64,000 nt of DNA. Source: an uncultured Chloroflexia bacterium. GTDB taxonomy: Bacteria > Chloroflexota > Limnocylindria > Limnocylindrales > CSP1-4. Positions 30,373 through 42,701 of the stretch are shown here, piece by piece. The notes under the pieces are model-generated. The model searched no databases, was not told the DNA's origin, and saw only the letters and a list, made by a program, of their open reading frames with translations. The stretch spans positions 416,001-480,000 of the forward strand of contig CAVXPZ010000003.1 of NCBI GenBank assembly GCA_963763775.1. The letters are read 5' to 3'. The number at the start of each line of letters is the position of its first letter. Position 1 is the stretch's first letter. Made by a program: the position numbers and the translations under genes.

Positions 30373-31077
30373 ATGTGGGCACGTCTGTCGATCGTCGCCG
30401 GCCTCGTGGCCGGGGTGGCCGTCGCGGGACTCGTGCTCGGCGCGATCCTGCTCCTCAGCCCGACACCCACGCCCCCGCCGGTCGTGACGCCCCCGCCGGT
30501 CGCCGTGGCGACATCGTCGATCGCCCCGAGTCCGACGGCTGCCCCGTCGGCCACCCCGGCCGTGACGCCGTCGCCCGCCTCGCCGTCGGCGACCGCCGAG
30601 GCTCCCGATGCCTCGCCCAGCCCCTCGCTCGCCACCCTGCTCCACATCGGCGAGCCCGCGCCGTCGCTCGTCCTGCCCAAGGTCGGCGGCGGCACGATCG
30701 ACCTCGCGGCCCTCAAGGGCAAGCCGGTCTGGCTCGACTTCATGAGCACGGCCTCCCCGGCCGCCCAGGAGGAGTTCCCGCTCATGGCCGGGTTCGCCAC
30801 CCGCTACGCGGACGCCGGGCTCGCCGTCGTCGCGGTCGACGTCGGAGAGGACGAGGCCACGGCCGCGGCCTTCGCCCAGGCGCTCGGGACGACGTTCCCC
30901 ATCGGTCTCGACGCGGACGGGGCGGCCTCGACCGCGTGGAGCGCCCACGACCTGCCGGTCCATTACTGGATCGATGCCGACGGCATCGTCCGCGACGGCG
31001 CCACGGGCGGGATCGGGTCGGACATCATGGCCCGCGGCGTGGGCGCGATCCTGCCCGGAGTCGTCGTCCAGCCGTGA
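30373..31077 (+). CDS. TlpA/ResA-like thioredoxin-fold membrane protein lacking CxxC
   Basis: GEPAP..IDLAALKGKPVWLDF, LPVHYWIDADG; ASPAA where WCxxC is expected. Confidence 0.75.
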   Translation: MWARLSIVAGLVAGVAVAGLVLGAILLLSPTPTPPPVVTPPPVAVATSSIAPSPTAAPSATPAVTPSPASPSATAEAPDASPSPSLATLLHIGEPAPSLVLPKVGGGTIDLAALKGKPVWLDFMSTASPAAQEEFPLMAGFATRYADAGLAVVAVDVGEDEATAAAFAQALGTTFPIGLDADGAASTAWSAHDLPVHYWIDADGIVRDGATGGIGSDIMARGVGAILPGVVVQP

Positions 31078-31967
31078 CCGACGCGGTCTCGACGCGCGCC
31101 GAGATCGCCGCGGCACTCGACGGACTCATCGGCACCGCGGGGCTCCTGCTCGTGGTCGCCGACTTCGACGGGACGCTCGCCGCGGGCTCCCGCGATCCCG
31201 CGGCCGCGCGCATCGAGCCCACGGCGCAGCGGGCGCTCCGTCGGCTTGCCGGGGTCACGGCGGCCCGGCCCGATCGCGTCCACGTCGCGATCCTGACCGG
31301 CCGGACGGTGCCGGATGTGGCGGCGCGTGCCCGGGTCGGCGGCATCGAGTACCTGGGCGACCACGGCCTGCAGGCCGCCACCCTGCCGCGTGGCGCGCGG
31401 GCGGGATCGATCGTGGCGGTCATCGAGCCCGGGTTCGACGGGCATGCGATCGCCGCGGAGGCCCTCGCGTCAGGTGTCGCCGACGAGCTGGGCCGGCCGT
31501 CGTGGCTGTTCGTCGAGCGCAAGGGGCCGTCCGTCGCGTTCCATGTGCGGCAGGCCGATGATGTGCCGGCCGCGCGGGCGGCGGTGCTCAAGGCGGTCGC
31601 CGCGGTCGAGTCGCGGGCGGACCTCGGTGCCCATGGTCTCGCGCCCTACCGCGGCCGGTCCGTGGTCGACCTCCGGCCGGAGGCCGCCGGCGGCAAGGCC
31701 GAGGCCGTCGATCGGCTGCTCGCTCGGCTCGCGCCGCGCGCCGCGATCGTGCTCGGCGACGACCTCTCGGACGGCGACGCGTTCGATGCCGTGCATGCGG
31801 GGGTGGGCGACGGACGGCTCGGCGTCGGGATCGCCGTGGCGGTCCACGGCCGGCTCGCGGCGCCGCCCGACGTCCTGGAACGAGCCGACCTGGTCGTGGC
31901 GGGGTCGCGCGAGGTGGGCCGGCTGCTGGGGGGACTGGCGCGACGACTGGCGAGCGAGCCGGTCTAG
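31074..31967 (+). CDS. otsB: Trehalose-6-phosphate phosphatase (HAD)
   Basis: DFDGTLA, LTGR, GDHG, ERKGPSVAFHVR, GGKAEA, LGDDLSD. Confidence 0.85.
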   Translation: MTDAVSTRAEIAAALDGLIGTAGLLLVVADFDGTLAAGSRDPAAARIEPTAQRALRRLAGVTAARPDRVHVAILTGRTVPDVAARARVGGIEYLGDHGLQAATLPRGARAGSIVAVIEPGFDGHAIAAEALASGVADELGRPSWLFVERKGPSVAFHVRQADDVPAARAAVLKAVAAVESRADLGAHGLAPYRGRSVVDLRPEAAGGKAEAVDRLLARLAPRAAIVLGDDLSDGDAFDAVHAGVGDGRLGVGIAVAVHGRLAAPPDVLERADLVVAGSREVGRLLGGLARRLASEPV

Positions 31968-33462
31968 CTCGGGATCGTCGCGATCGCGGCGGCGGCCTGC
32001 GTGACGATGTCCACGAGTGGGGCCGGGAACAGCCCGATGAGGATCGTCAGCGCGGTCGCGACGGCCAGCCCGCCCCAGACCAGCGACCCGTGGTGCATCG
32101 CCGGCGCATCGCTCGTGGAGTCGCGCATGTACATGTACACGACGCAGCGCAGGTAGTAGAACGCGGCGACGGCCGCGTTGATGACCGCGATGACCGCGAG
32201 GATGGTCAGCGGGCCGCCGGCCTCGACCGAGGCGAGGATCACGTACGCCTTGGCGAAGAACCCGGCCGTCGGCGGGATGCCCGTGAGCGACAGCAGGAAG
32301 AGCGTCATGAGGATGCCCAGTCGTGGCTCCCGTCGGCCGAGTCCGGAGAACGTCTCGAGCGACGACGTGACGCCGGTCCGCTTCTGCATCGCGGCGATGA
32401 CCGCGAACGCGCCGAGGTTCATGAACGCGTACGCGGCCCCGTAGAAGAGGAGCCCCTGGAGGCCCTCGATCTGGCCCGCGGCGTAGGCCGCGAGTCCGAC
32501 CAGCATGTACCCGGTGTGCGCGATGGAGCTGTAGGCCAGCATCCGCTTCACGTTGTCCTGGGTCAGCGCGACGAGGTTGCCGAGGGTCATCGTGATCGCG
32601 GCGAGCACGATGATGACCGGCAGCCACACGTCCGACAGCGGTCCGAGGGCCTCGACGAAGAGCCGCAGGATCAGCGCGAAGGCCCCGATCTTGGGACCGA
32701 CCGAGAGATAGCCGGTGATCGGGGTCGGCGAGCCCTGGTACGCGTCGGGCGTCCAGTAGTGGAACGGCACGGCGGCGATCTTGAAGGCGACGCCCGTCGT
32801 GAGGAACGCGAGGCCCATCGCCAATCCGGGCGAGAGCGGCGCCGCTCCCGCGACGATGGCCTGGAGCTGCGCGGTGATCCCGTGCGGGCCGGTGATGAGC
32901 GTCGTCCCGGTGATGCCCCACACGTAGGCGAGTCCGAACAGGAAGATCGCCGAGCTGAACGAGCCGAGCAGGAAGTACTTGATCGCGCCCTCGGTCGAGT
33001 ACGCGTCGCTCTTGTGGAACGCCGCGAGCATGTAGCCGGGGAGCACCATCAGCTCGAGCCCGAGGAAGAGCAGCAGCAGGTCGGTGGAGGCGCTGATGAG
33101 CATCGCGCCGGTCATCGCGAAGACGAGGACCGTGGCGAACTCGGCGAGTGGCAGCCCGCGCGGGGCGAGGTAGTCGGGCGCGAACATGATCGTCAGCGCC
33201 ACGATCGACACGAAGAGGATGTCGAGGAATGTCGTCAGCGCGTCGACGGTGTAGGCGCCGCCGAAGGCGGTCGCATCGATCGTGCCCTGGGCCACGGCCG
33301 CCCCGACGACGAGCGTCACGACCGAGGTGAGCGCGAGCCCGATGAACGCCGTGGCCGCGGCGAGGATCATCGATCCGGGCTTGATGAGGTCGACCACCAT
33401 GATCGCGACCGCGGTGAGGATCGCGACGACGAGTGGGCTGATCGTGGTCAGGTCCTGCGCGG

Positions 33463-33466
<4 letters not shown>
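31964..33466 (-). CDS. nuoN: NADH-quinone oxidoreductase subunit N
   Basis: EGAIKYFLLG, FKIAAVPFHYWTPDAYQG, KRMLAYSSIAHTGY. Confidence 0.95.
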
Positions 33467-35156
<1,690 letters not shown>

Positions 35157-35160
<4 letters not shown>

Positions 35161-37152
35161 CGGGCCACCAGCCAGAGATACGAGCCGGCCATGACGATGA
35201 GCCCGATGGCGATGCCGAGCGCGTAGTTCTGGACCCGACCGGTCTGGATCCGGCGGAGCCCGCGGCCCGACGCGATGGTGTCCCGCCCGACGGCGTTGAC
35301 GGTGCCGTCCACGACCTCGCGGTCGAACCACCACAGGCCGGCCGCGACCTTGCCGCCGATGACCATGAACAGCAGGTGGTTGAGCTCGTCGAACCACCAC
35401 TTGTTGAGCGACGCGCGGTACAGGAACGGCACGCGGGCGCTGAGCGCCTGGACGCGTTCCGGCCGCGACGGCATCCGGATCGGCCCGATCTTCACGCCGA
35501 ACAGCCGCCAGGCGGCGATCACGCCGATGGTGGCGATGCCGACGCTCGAGAGGATGAGGTACCCGTCGATCCCGAACAGCTGGTACGAGGTCTCCTCGTG
35601 GTGGAGCATCAGCTGGGCCTGCGCGAAGATCGGCTCGAGCCAGTGGCTGATGGTGCTGTCGCCGAGCGGGAGGCCGAGGTACATCCCGAGGAAGATCGAC
35701 GGGATCGCCAGCAGGATGAGCGGGACCGTCATGACCGCGGGCGACTCGTGGATCTTGTCCCAGATCGCCTTCGGCCCGCGGAACTCGCCCCAGAACGTCA
35801 TGCCCATGAGGCGGAACATGTAGAACGCCGTCATGCCGGCGACCGCGAAGCCGATGATCCAGACCCAGATGAACCCGAGCTTGAGCGACTCTCCGAGGAT
35901 CTCGTCCTTCGAGAAGAAGCCGGCCAGCGGCGGGATCCCGGCGATCGCCAGGGACCCGATGAGCATCGTGATGTAGGTGATCTTGATCTTCCGGGACAGC
36001 CCGCCCATCTGGCGCATGTCCTGCTCCTCGTGGACGGCGTGGATCACCGAGCCGGAGCCGAGGAACAGCAGGCCCTTGAAGAAGCCGTGCGTCATGAGGT
36101 GGAAGATCGCGGCCGTGAAGGCGCCCGACGCCGAGCGCGGCGAACATGTACCCGAGCTGGGACAGCGTGGAGTAGGCGAGGACCCGCTTGATGTCCGTCT
36201 GCGTCATCGCGATCGAGGCGGCCAGGATGGCCGTGAAGATCCCGATCGCCGCGACCACGACCATCGCCTCGGTCGCCGACGCGAACAGGTCGTTGGCACG
36301 CGCCACCAGGTAGACGCCGGCGTTGACCATCGTCGCCGCGTGGATCAGGGCGGAGACCGGGGTGGGGCCCTCCATGGCGTCCGGCAGCCACACGTGCAGC
36401 GGGAACTGGGCGCTCTTGCCCATCGCCCCGGCGAACACGAGGAGGGCGACCACGACGAGCGGGATCGCGAGGGTCTGGCCCGGCGCGATCATCCACTCGA
36501 TCGATGCGCGGATGTCGAGGGTGGCGCCCTCGGGCCGGTTCAGCGTGTTCAGCCAGATGGCCATGATCCCGAGCGCGAACCCGACGTCGCCGACGCGGTT
36601 GACGATGAACGCCTTCTTGGCGGCGAGCATCGCCGACCGCTTGCGGTACCAGAAGCCGATGAGCAGGTAGCTCGAGAGGCCGACCAGCTCCCAGGCCACG
36701 AAGACCACGAGCCACGACGACGCGAGGACGAGCAGCAGCATCGAGAACATGAACAGGTTCAGGTAGGCGAAGAACCGCCAGTACCCCGGGTCGTGGCTCA
36801 TGTAGCCGATCGAGTAGATGTGGACGAGCAGGCCGACGGTCGTGACGACGATCAGGAGGCAGGCGGTGAGCGCGTCGACGTAGAACCCGAACTCGACGTT
36901 GAACTGCCCGGCCGGGATCCAGTCGAAGAGCTTGAGCGTGTAGCCGTGGACGTCCTCGGTGCCGGGGATCAGGGGCGCCGTCCCGGACAGGACCATGTAC
37001 GCCGTGTACGAGGCGATCACCCAGACGGCGAAGACGGCCAGCACCGGGATCCAGTGGGCCTGCTTGTGGAGCCGACGGCCGATGAGGGCGGTCAGCAGGA
37101 ACCCCGCCATCGGCAGGACGAGGAGCAGGGGCAGGAGCTGGTCCGCGCTCAT
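35157..37152 (-). CDS. nuoL: NADH-quinone oxidoreductase subunit L (frameshift near 36125)
   Basis: [39 protein letters not shown], then [19 protein letters not shown] in the next frame. Confidence 0.93.
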
Positions 37153-37460
37153 CGACGCATCGCGTCGTACTCGTCGACGAGGGGTGTCTTCTTGTTCCGG
37201 TAGATCGCGATGACGATCGCGAGGCCGACGGTCGCCTCACCCGCTGCCACCGCCATGACCATCAGCGCGATCACCGACGCCTGCGACCCGAGCGCCGGGA
37301 TGAACGCGCCGAACGCGACGATCGAGAGGTTGACGGCGTTGAGCATGAGCTCGATCGACATCAGCATGCTGATCGCGTTGCGCCGGGCCAGGAACCCGAA
37401 CGAGCCGATCGCGAAGAGGATCCCGGACAGGATCAGGTAGGCGTCGAGCGAATCGCTCAC
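37149..37460 (-). CDS. nuoK: NADH-quinone oxidoreductase subunit K
   Basis: [33 protein letters not shown]. Confidence 0.95.
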   Translation of the reverse strand: MSDSLDAYLILSGILFAIGSFGFLARRNAISMLMSIELMLNAVNLSIVAFGAFIPALGSQASVIALMVMAVAAGEATVGLAIVIAIYRNKKTPLVDEYDAMRR

Positions 37461-38050
37461 GAGGGCCCGCCCGGTTCGCGTTTCGCGAGGAAGACGGCGC
37501 CGATCACGGCCGCGAGCAGCAGCACGCTGACGATCTCGAACGGCAGGACGTAGTCCTGGAACAGGATCGTCGAGACTTCGTTCGCCGTGTAGGTGATCCG
37601 GTCCGCGACGCCGCCCCAGTCCGTCGCCGCCACGGCGAGCGCGATCAGGACGGCGATGACGACGGCCGCGACCGCGGCCGGCCCGGCCTGCGTCTGGAAG
37701 ACCAGGCGCGTGGGCGCGTCCTTGGTCTGGGTCAGCATGATCGCGAAGAGGATCAGGACGCTGATCGCGCCGATGTAGACGATGACCTGGGCCGCGCCGA
37801 TGAGCGTCGCCCCCATCAGCACGTAGATCCCGGCGAGCGACCCGAAGCACACGATCATCGCCAGCCCGCAGCGGATGATGTCGCGCATCGTCACGACCAG
37901 CAGCCCGGAGATGACCATCAGGCAGGCGAAGACCCAGAACAGGGCGTCGTCCCAGTCCTGACCGAGGAAGACGATCATCACGGCCGCGATGCCGGTGACC
38001 GCGCCCATCACGGCGAGCGCGATGACGATCGGGATGAGGGTCTTGAGCAC
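37457..38050 (-). CDS. nuoJ: NADH-quinone oxidoreductase subunit J
   Basis: [39 protein letters not shown]. Confidence 0.93.
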   Translation of the reverse strand: MLKTLIPIVIALAVMGAVTGIAAVMIVFLGQDWDDALFWVFACLMVISGLLVVTMRDIIRCGLAMIVCFGSLAGIYVLMGATLIGAAQVIVYIGAISVLILFAIMLTQTKDAPTRLVFQTQAGPAAVAAVVIAVLIALAVAATDWGGVADRITYTANEVSTILFQDYVLPFEIVSVLLLAAVIGAVFLAKREPGGPS

Positions 38051-38056
38051 GTCCGG

Positions 38057-40678
38057 CTACTCGTGCCCACCGGGCAGGAGGGCCGACCCGTGGCCGTTCC
38101 CGTTCCCATGGGCGTGGCCGTGGCCGTTGCCGTTGGCGGCGACGCCCGACGGGATCCCGGCGACGGCCGCCGGGAGGACGGGGAGCATCCGGCTCGGGTC
38201 GAAGTGGCGGCCCTCGGCCGCGGCGGCGTCGGCCCACCCGCGTTCGCGGCGGATGTACGTGACCTCGGTCTCGCGGTCGATGGCGGCGATCGCCATGAGG
38301 TCGATCGTCGGCTCGGCGCGGCTCGTGTGCGCCAGCTCGATGTCGCCGCCGTCGCGCAGCGCGTCGTACGGGCACGCGTCCACGCAGATGCCGCAGAGGA
38401 TGCAGCGGCTCTCGTCGACCTCGTACTTCTGGAGCACGCGCGGCTTGGGCATGAGCGCGCCGGTCGGGCACGTCTCGGCGCAGCGACCGCACGACACGCA
38501 CGGGGTGTCGTTGAGGCTCATGTCGAGCGGGGTCGTGACGAGCGTGTCGAAGCCGATCCGCATGAAGTCGTAGCACGCGGCGCCGACCACCTCCGAGCAG
38601 ACCTGGGCGCAGCGGCCGCAGTCGATGCAGCGGGACGGCTCGCGGAGGATGAACGCGTGCGAGTCGTCGCGGACGTAGTCGTGGTTGATCCCGGTGAACC
38701 GGTTCTCGGTCACGCTTCGATAGCCGGCGCCCTGGTGGAACTGCGGCTCGAGCGTCTTGAGCGTCGTGCCGTACTCGATGCCGAGCCGTCGCAGGTCGCA
38801 GAACCCGATGGCCTCGCAGGTGCACTGCAGACAGCGCGTGGACTCCGCGACGGCCGCCTCGCGCGTGTACGGCAGCTCGTACTCCATGTAGTTGTGGTTG
38901 CGCTCCTCGGCCTCGAGCGCGGTCAGCCGGTAGCGCGGCTCCTTGACCTCCGCGGTGAACGGGACGATCGAGAGGAACTCGGGCTGCGGCTCGGCGAGCG
39001 TCTGGCGGGTCCGGATGGCCCCGAGGTCGAGCCCCTGGAGGAACGCGTCCACGGCGTACGCGGCGCGCCGGCCCTCGGCGATGGCCTGGACCACGGTCGC
39101 CGCGCCGATGCGCACGTCGCCGGTGCCGAAGACGCCGGCCCGGCCGGTCTCGAACGTCACCGCGTCCGCCTTGAGCCGGCGCTGCTTCGTGGCCTCCGGC
39201 CCCTCCGATCCAGGGCCGATCCAGGTGAGGTCCGGGCCCTGGCCGATGGCGAGGAGCACGCGGTCGCACGGGACGATGAACTCGGTGTCGGGCGCGGGCT
39301 CCGGCCGCCGCCGGCCCGAGGCGTCGGGCGCCCCGAGCTGCATCCGGATGAACTCGACGCCCGTCACGTTGCCGGCATCGTCCGTGACGACGCGGGTCGG
39401 GCCGGCCTGGAAGATGGCGGTCACGCCTTCCTCGATGGCCTCGTGGACCTCGCCCGACGCCGGCATGTCCTTCATGTCGCGCCGGTAGACGAGCGTGACC
39501 TCGCTGGCGCCCTGGCGGACGGACGTCCGCGAGCAGTCCATCGACGTGAACCCGCCGCCGATGACGACGACGCGCTTGCCCGCGTGGTCCGGATAGGGGA
39601 GGCCGAGCGTGGCGGTCCGCAGGTACTCGAGGCCGTCGAGGACCTCGGCGGCGTCCTCGCCCGGGATGCCCAGCTTGTTCGTGTCGTAGCAGCCGATGGC
39701 GACGACGACGGCATCGAAGCCCTGGTTCGTCAGGTCGTCGAGCGTGAACTCGGTACCGAGGCCCGCGTTGCAGACCATCTTGCCGCCGAGCCGGGTCACG
39801 GACTCGTACTCGGCCTCGAGGACCTCGACCTTGGGCAGGCGGTACTGCGGGATGCCGTAGCGGAGCATCCCGCCCGGGGCCGGGTCGCGCTCGAAGACGG
39901 TCACGTCGTGGCCCGACAGCAGCAGGTAGAAGGCCGCGGCCATCCCGGCCGGGCCGGAGCCGATGACCGCCGCGCGACGGCCCGTCGGCGCCTGGCGCTC
40001 GAACGGCAGCGGCGGATCGACGCCCTCGTCGAGCATCGCCTTGAGGACCTGGTCGCCCGCGTAGCGGTGGCTGTCGCGGATGGCGATCGCCTCGTCGACC
40101 TCGTCGCGCCGGCAGTGCTCCTCGCAGGGTGCCGGGCACACGCGACCCAGCACGGAGGGGAACGGGATCGTGCGCTTGAAGATCCGGGCGCTCTCGCGCC
40201 AGTCGGCCTCGGCGTTGGCCTTGAGGAAGCCCGGGATGTCGATGTGGCTCGGGCACTTGTTCTGGCAGGGCGGCAGGCAGTAGGCGTTGTGGTCGCTGAA
40301 GATCAGCTCGAGGTTCGTCCGGCGGAGGCGGCGGACCTCCTCGGTCTGGGTCTGGACCTTCATCTCGGGCTCGCAGACGCGCGAGCACGAGATCGGCGGG
40401 TTGTCCTCGCCCTCCACCTCGACGACGCACATCCGGCAGGCTCCGAAGCCCGGCAGCTTGGGCTCGTAGCACAGCGTCGGGATCTCGATCCCGTTGTCGC
40501 GGCAGACCTCGAGGATCGTCTGGCCCTCGAAGCCCTCGACGACACGGCCGTCGACCTCGATGCGGATCCGCGGCGACGACTGCGGACGCTGCGGCGAGCG
40601 CGTCTCGAGGAGCCGGTCGGCCAGCGATTCCGGCTCCGGCGTCAGGCGGCTGTCGGGGCGCGTCAGGAGGTCAGCCAT
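38057..40678 (-). CDS. NuoG-position subunit: [2Fe-2S] + GltD/NfnB-like FAD/NAD(P)H domain + 2x[4Fe-4S] + C-terminal half of NuoI (StnC-like)
   Basis: IPTLC..GACRMC..SC; [36 protein letters not shown]; CIDCGRC, CVSCGRC..CP, and a third motif [19 protein letters not shown]. Confidence 0.88.
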   Translation of the reverse strand: MADLLTRPDSRLTPEPESLADRLLETRSPQRPQSSPRIRIEVDGRVVEGFEGQTILEVCRDNGIEIPTLCYEPKLPGFGACRMCVVEVEGEDNPPISCSRVCEPEMKVQTQTEEVRRLRRTNLELIFSDHNAYCLPPCQNKCPSHIDIPGFLKANAEADWRESARIFKRTIPFPSVLGRVCPAPCEEHCRRDEVDEAIAIRDSHRYAGDQVLKAMLDEGVDPPLPFERQAPTGRRAAVIGSGPAGMAAAFYLLLSGHDVTVFERDPAPGGMLRYGIPQYRLPKVEVLEAEYESVTRLGGKMVCNAGLGTEFTLDDLTNQGFDAVVVAIGCYDTNKLGIPGEDAAEVLDGLEYLRTATLGLPYPDHAGKRVVVIGGGFTSMDCSRTSVRQGASEVTLVYRRDMKDMPASGEVHEAIEEGVTAIFQAGPTRVVTDDAGNVTGVEFIRMQLGAPDASGRRRPEPAPDTEFIVPCDRVLLAIGQGPDLTWIGPGSEGPEATKQRRLKADAVTFETGRAGVFGTGDVRIGAATVVQAIAEGRRAAYAVDAFLQGLDLGAIRTRQTLAEPQPEFLSIVPFTAEVKEPRYRLTALEAEERNHNYMEYELPYTREAAVAESTRCLQCTCEAIGFCDLRRLGIEYGTTLKTLEPQFHQGAGYRSVTENRFTGINHDYVRDDSHAFILREPSRCIDCGRCAQVCSEVVGAACYDFMRIGFDTLVTTPLDMSLNDTPCVSCGRCAETCPTGALMPKPRVLQKYEVDESRCILCGICVDACPYDALRDGGDIELAHTSRAEPTIDLMAIAAIDRETEVTYIRRERGWADAAAAEGRHFDPSRMLPVLPAAVAGIPSGVAANGNGHGHAHGNGNGHGSALLPGGHE

Positions 40679-40686
40679 GGGTCGCC

Positions 40687-42015
40687 TTATGAGGTCGCAC
40701 CGACCGCCACCGCGATCGGGTGGCAGACGCCGGCGGGGCAGGAACTGCGGAGGACGTGATCGTCGAGTTCCGCACGGAAGTATCGCATCCCGCTCAGGAG
40801 CGGGAGGGTCGTCAGGCGCTCGTGGTCGCACAGCGCGGAGGCCGAGATGTCGGCCGACAGGTCCACGAGGAGGTCCATGTCCGTCGGGCGCGGCCGGCCG
40901 TCGATGACCCGGTCGGCGATCTCGACGAGGCGCCGGGTCCCGATCCGGCAGGGGATCGTCTTGCCGCACGCCTCGCCGGCACAGAACCGGGTCAGGAGCC
41001 GGGCGAGGTCCACGACGCACGCGCGGTCGTCCGCGACGAGGACGGAGCCGGACCCGATGTGCGCCCCGGCCTCGCGCAGGGCGTCGAAGTCGTAGCGGCG
41101 TGTCGAGCCGCTCGGCCGGGAGCAGACCGCCGGACGGGCCGCCGACGAGCGACGGCCTTGATCGAGCGGCCGGCCGGCAGCGCGCCACCGAGCGCCACGA
41201 TGTCGCGGAGCGGCGTGCCGAGCGGGACTTCCGCGATGCCGTCACCCGACGGCGTCCGGACGCCGACGAGGATCGTGCCGGGGCTCCCCGCGGTCCCGGT
41301 GGCGGCGAAGGCCTCCGCGCCGTGGCGGATGATCCAGCCGAGGGCGCCCAGGGTCTGGACGTTGTGGACGACCGTCGGCATGCCCCACAGGCCGCGCTCG
41401 GCCGGGTGCGGCGGTCGCTGCTCGGGCTGGCCGCGCTTCCCTTCGAGGGCCTTGAGGAGCACCGTCTCCTCGCCGAGCATGTACGCGCCCTGGACGGGCC
41501 GCACGGTCACGGTGAGGTCGTGCCCCGGCCCGAAGGCGTCCGGCCCGATGAAGCCCGGCCTCCTCCGCGGCGCCGATCGCGGCCTCGAGGCGGCGGATGG
41601 CCTCGGTGTCCTCGGCACGCACGGCGACGATGGCTTCGGTCGCGCCGATCGCGAACGCCGCGATCGCGGCCCCCTCGATCACGCCGTACGGGTCGGTCTC
41701 GAGCAGGAACCGGTCGGTGGCACAGGCGGGGTCGGCGCCGTAGCCGTTGGCGACCACGTACCGGCGCGGCGCCTCCGTGGCCGAGGCGGTCCGCCACTTC
41801 TCCCCGGCCGGGAACCCGGCGCCACCGCGACCGCGCAGGCCGGACGCGACCACGGCCGCGGTCGTGGCCGTCGGCCCGAGATCGCGGATGGCCGTCCGGA
41901 GGCCGTCGAATGCCCCGGCGCGAGTCGCGGCGTCGAGGTCCGTCGGGTCGGCGGCGCCGGCGCGTTCCAGCAGGATCGTCGGCCAGGCGGCCGGCGTCTT
42001 GAGGCGGTTCGCCAT
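40687..42015 (-). CDS. nuoF: NuoF/HydB-like flavoprotein, divergent (three +1 frameshifts near 41556, 41150, 41096)
   Basis: SGLRGRGGAGFPAGEKW, GEETVLL..LEGKRGQP, PTVVHNVQT, GGPSGG, C-terminal CPAGVC. Confidence 0.8.
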
Positions 42016-42701
42016 CAGTTCGGACCCGCCCGGCCGGTCCCGGCTCGTCCCGCCGATCCGCCGAGCGCGCCGTCGAGCGCGGCCAGGTAGGTCGTCTCCG
42101 CCGGTCGATGCGCCGCGACCGCCGCGGCCTGGTCCGTCGCCGTCGCGGGCTCGAACCGCAGGTGGCGGTAGTAGCTGGCGGTGCCGTAGATCATCGCGTA
42201 CCACGCCCCGGTGCGCTGGCTGATGCGCTTGAGGGCCGCGACGGGCAGGTAGCCGTACTCGGCCTGGGTGGCCTCGAGGATCTCGAGCATCCGGGCCGGG
42301 TCGTGGTCGTGGTCCTCCAGGATGCCCTCGACGGCATCCAGATCGACCGTCGCGAACGGGAGGTAGGCCGGATCGGGGACCGGCCGGCCGGACCGCCGGA
42401 GGGCCGATTCCTCGCGCCGCTCGCCGTACGTCTCGGGGGCGCCCCAGTGGACGTGGAACCGGCCGCGGGTGTCGATGCCGCCCATGTCGATGCACTCGAT
42501 CGGACACGCCTGCGCGCACTGGAAGCACGTCTCGCACTTGAGCGTGCCCCACTCGTCGTAGAGCAGCTGGAGGCGGCCGCGGAACTTGTGCGGCACGTCG
42601 AGCCGCACCTCGGGGTACATGACGGTGACCTTCGGCTCGAAGAACCGGCGCAGGGTCAGGCCCATCCCCTTGACGATGCCGAGGCCAGGGATCTGGGTCA
42701 T
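42015..42701 (-). CDS. Fusion of the N-half of NuoI (one CxxCxxCxxxCP) and the N-terminal helical domain of NuoE
   Basis: [34 protein letters not shown], then [20 protein letters not shown]; no NuoE [2Fe-2S] cysteines. Confidence 0.85.
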   Translation of the reverse strand: MTQIPGLGIVKGMGLTLRRFFEPKVTVMYPEVRLDVPHKFRGRLQLLYDEWGTLKCETCFQCAQACPIECIDMGGIDTRGRFHVHWGAPETYGERREESALRRSGRPVPDPAYLPFATVDLDAVEGILEDHDHDPARMLEILEATQAEYGYLPVAALKRISQRTGAWYAMIYGTASYYRHLRFEPATATDQAAAVAAHRPAETTYLAALDGALGGSAGRAGTGRAGPN

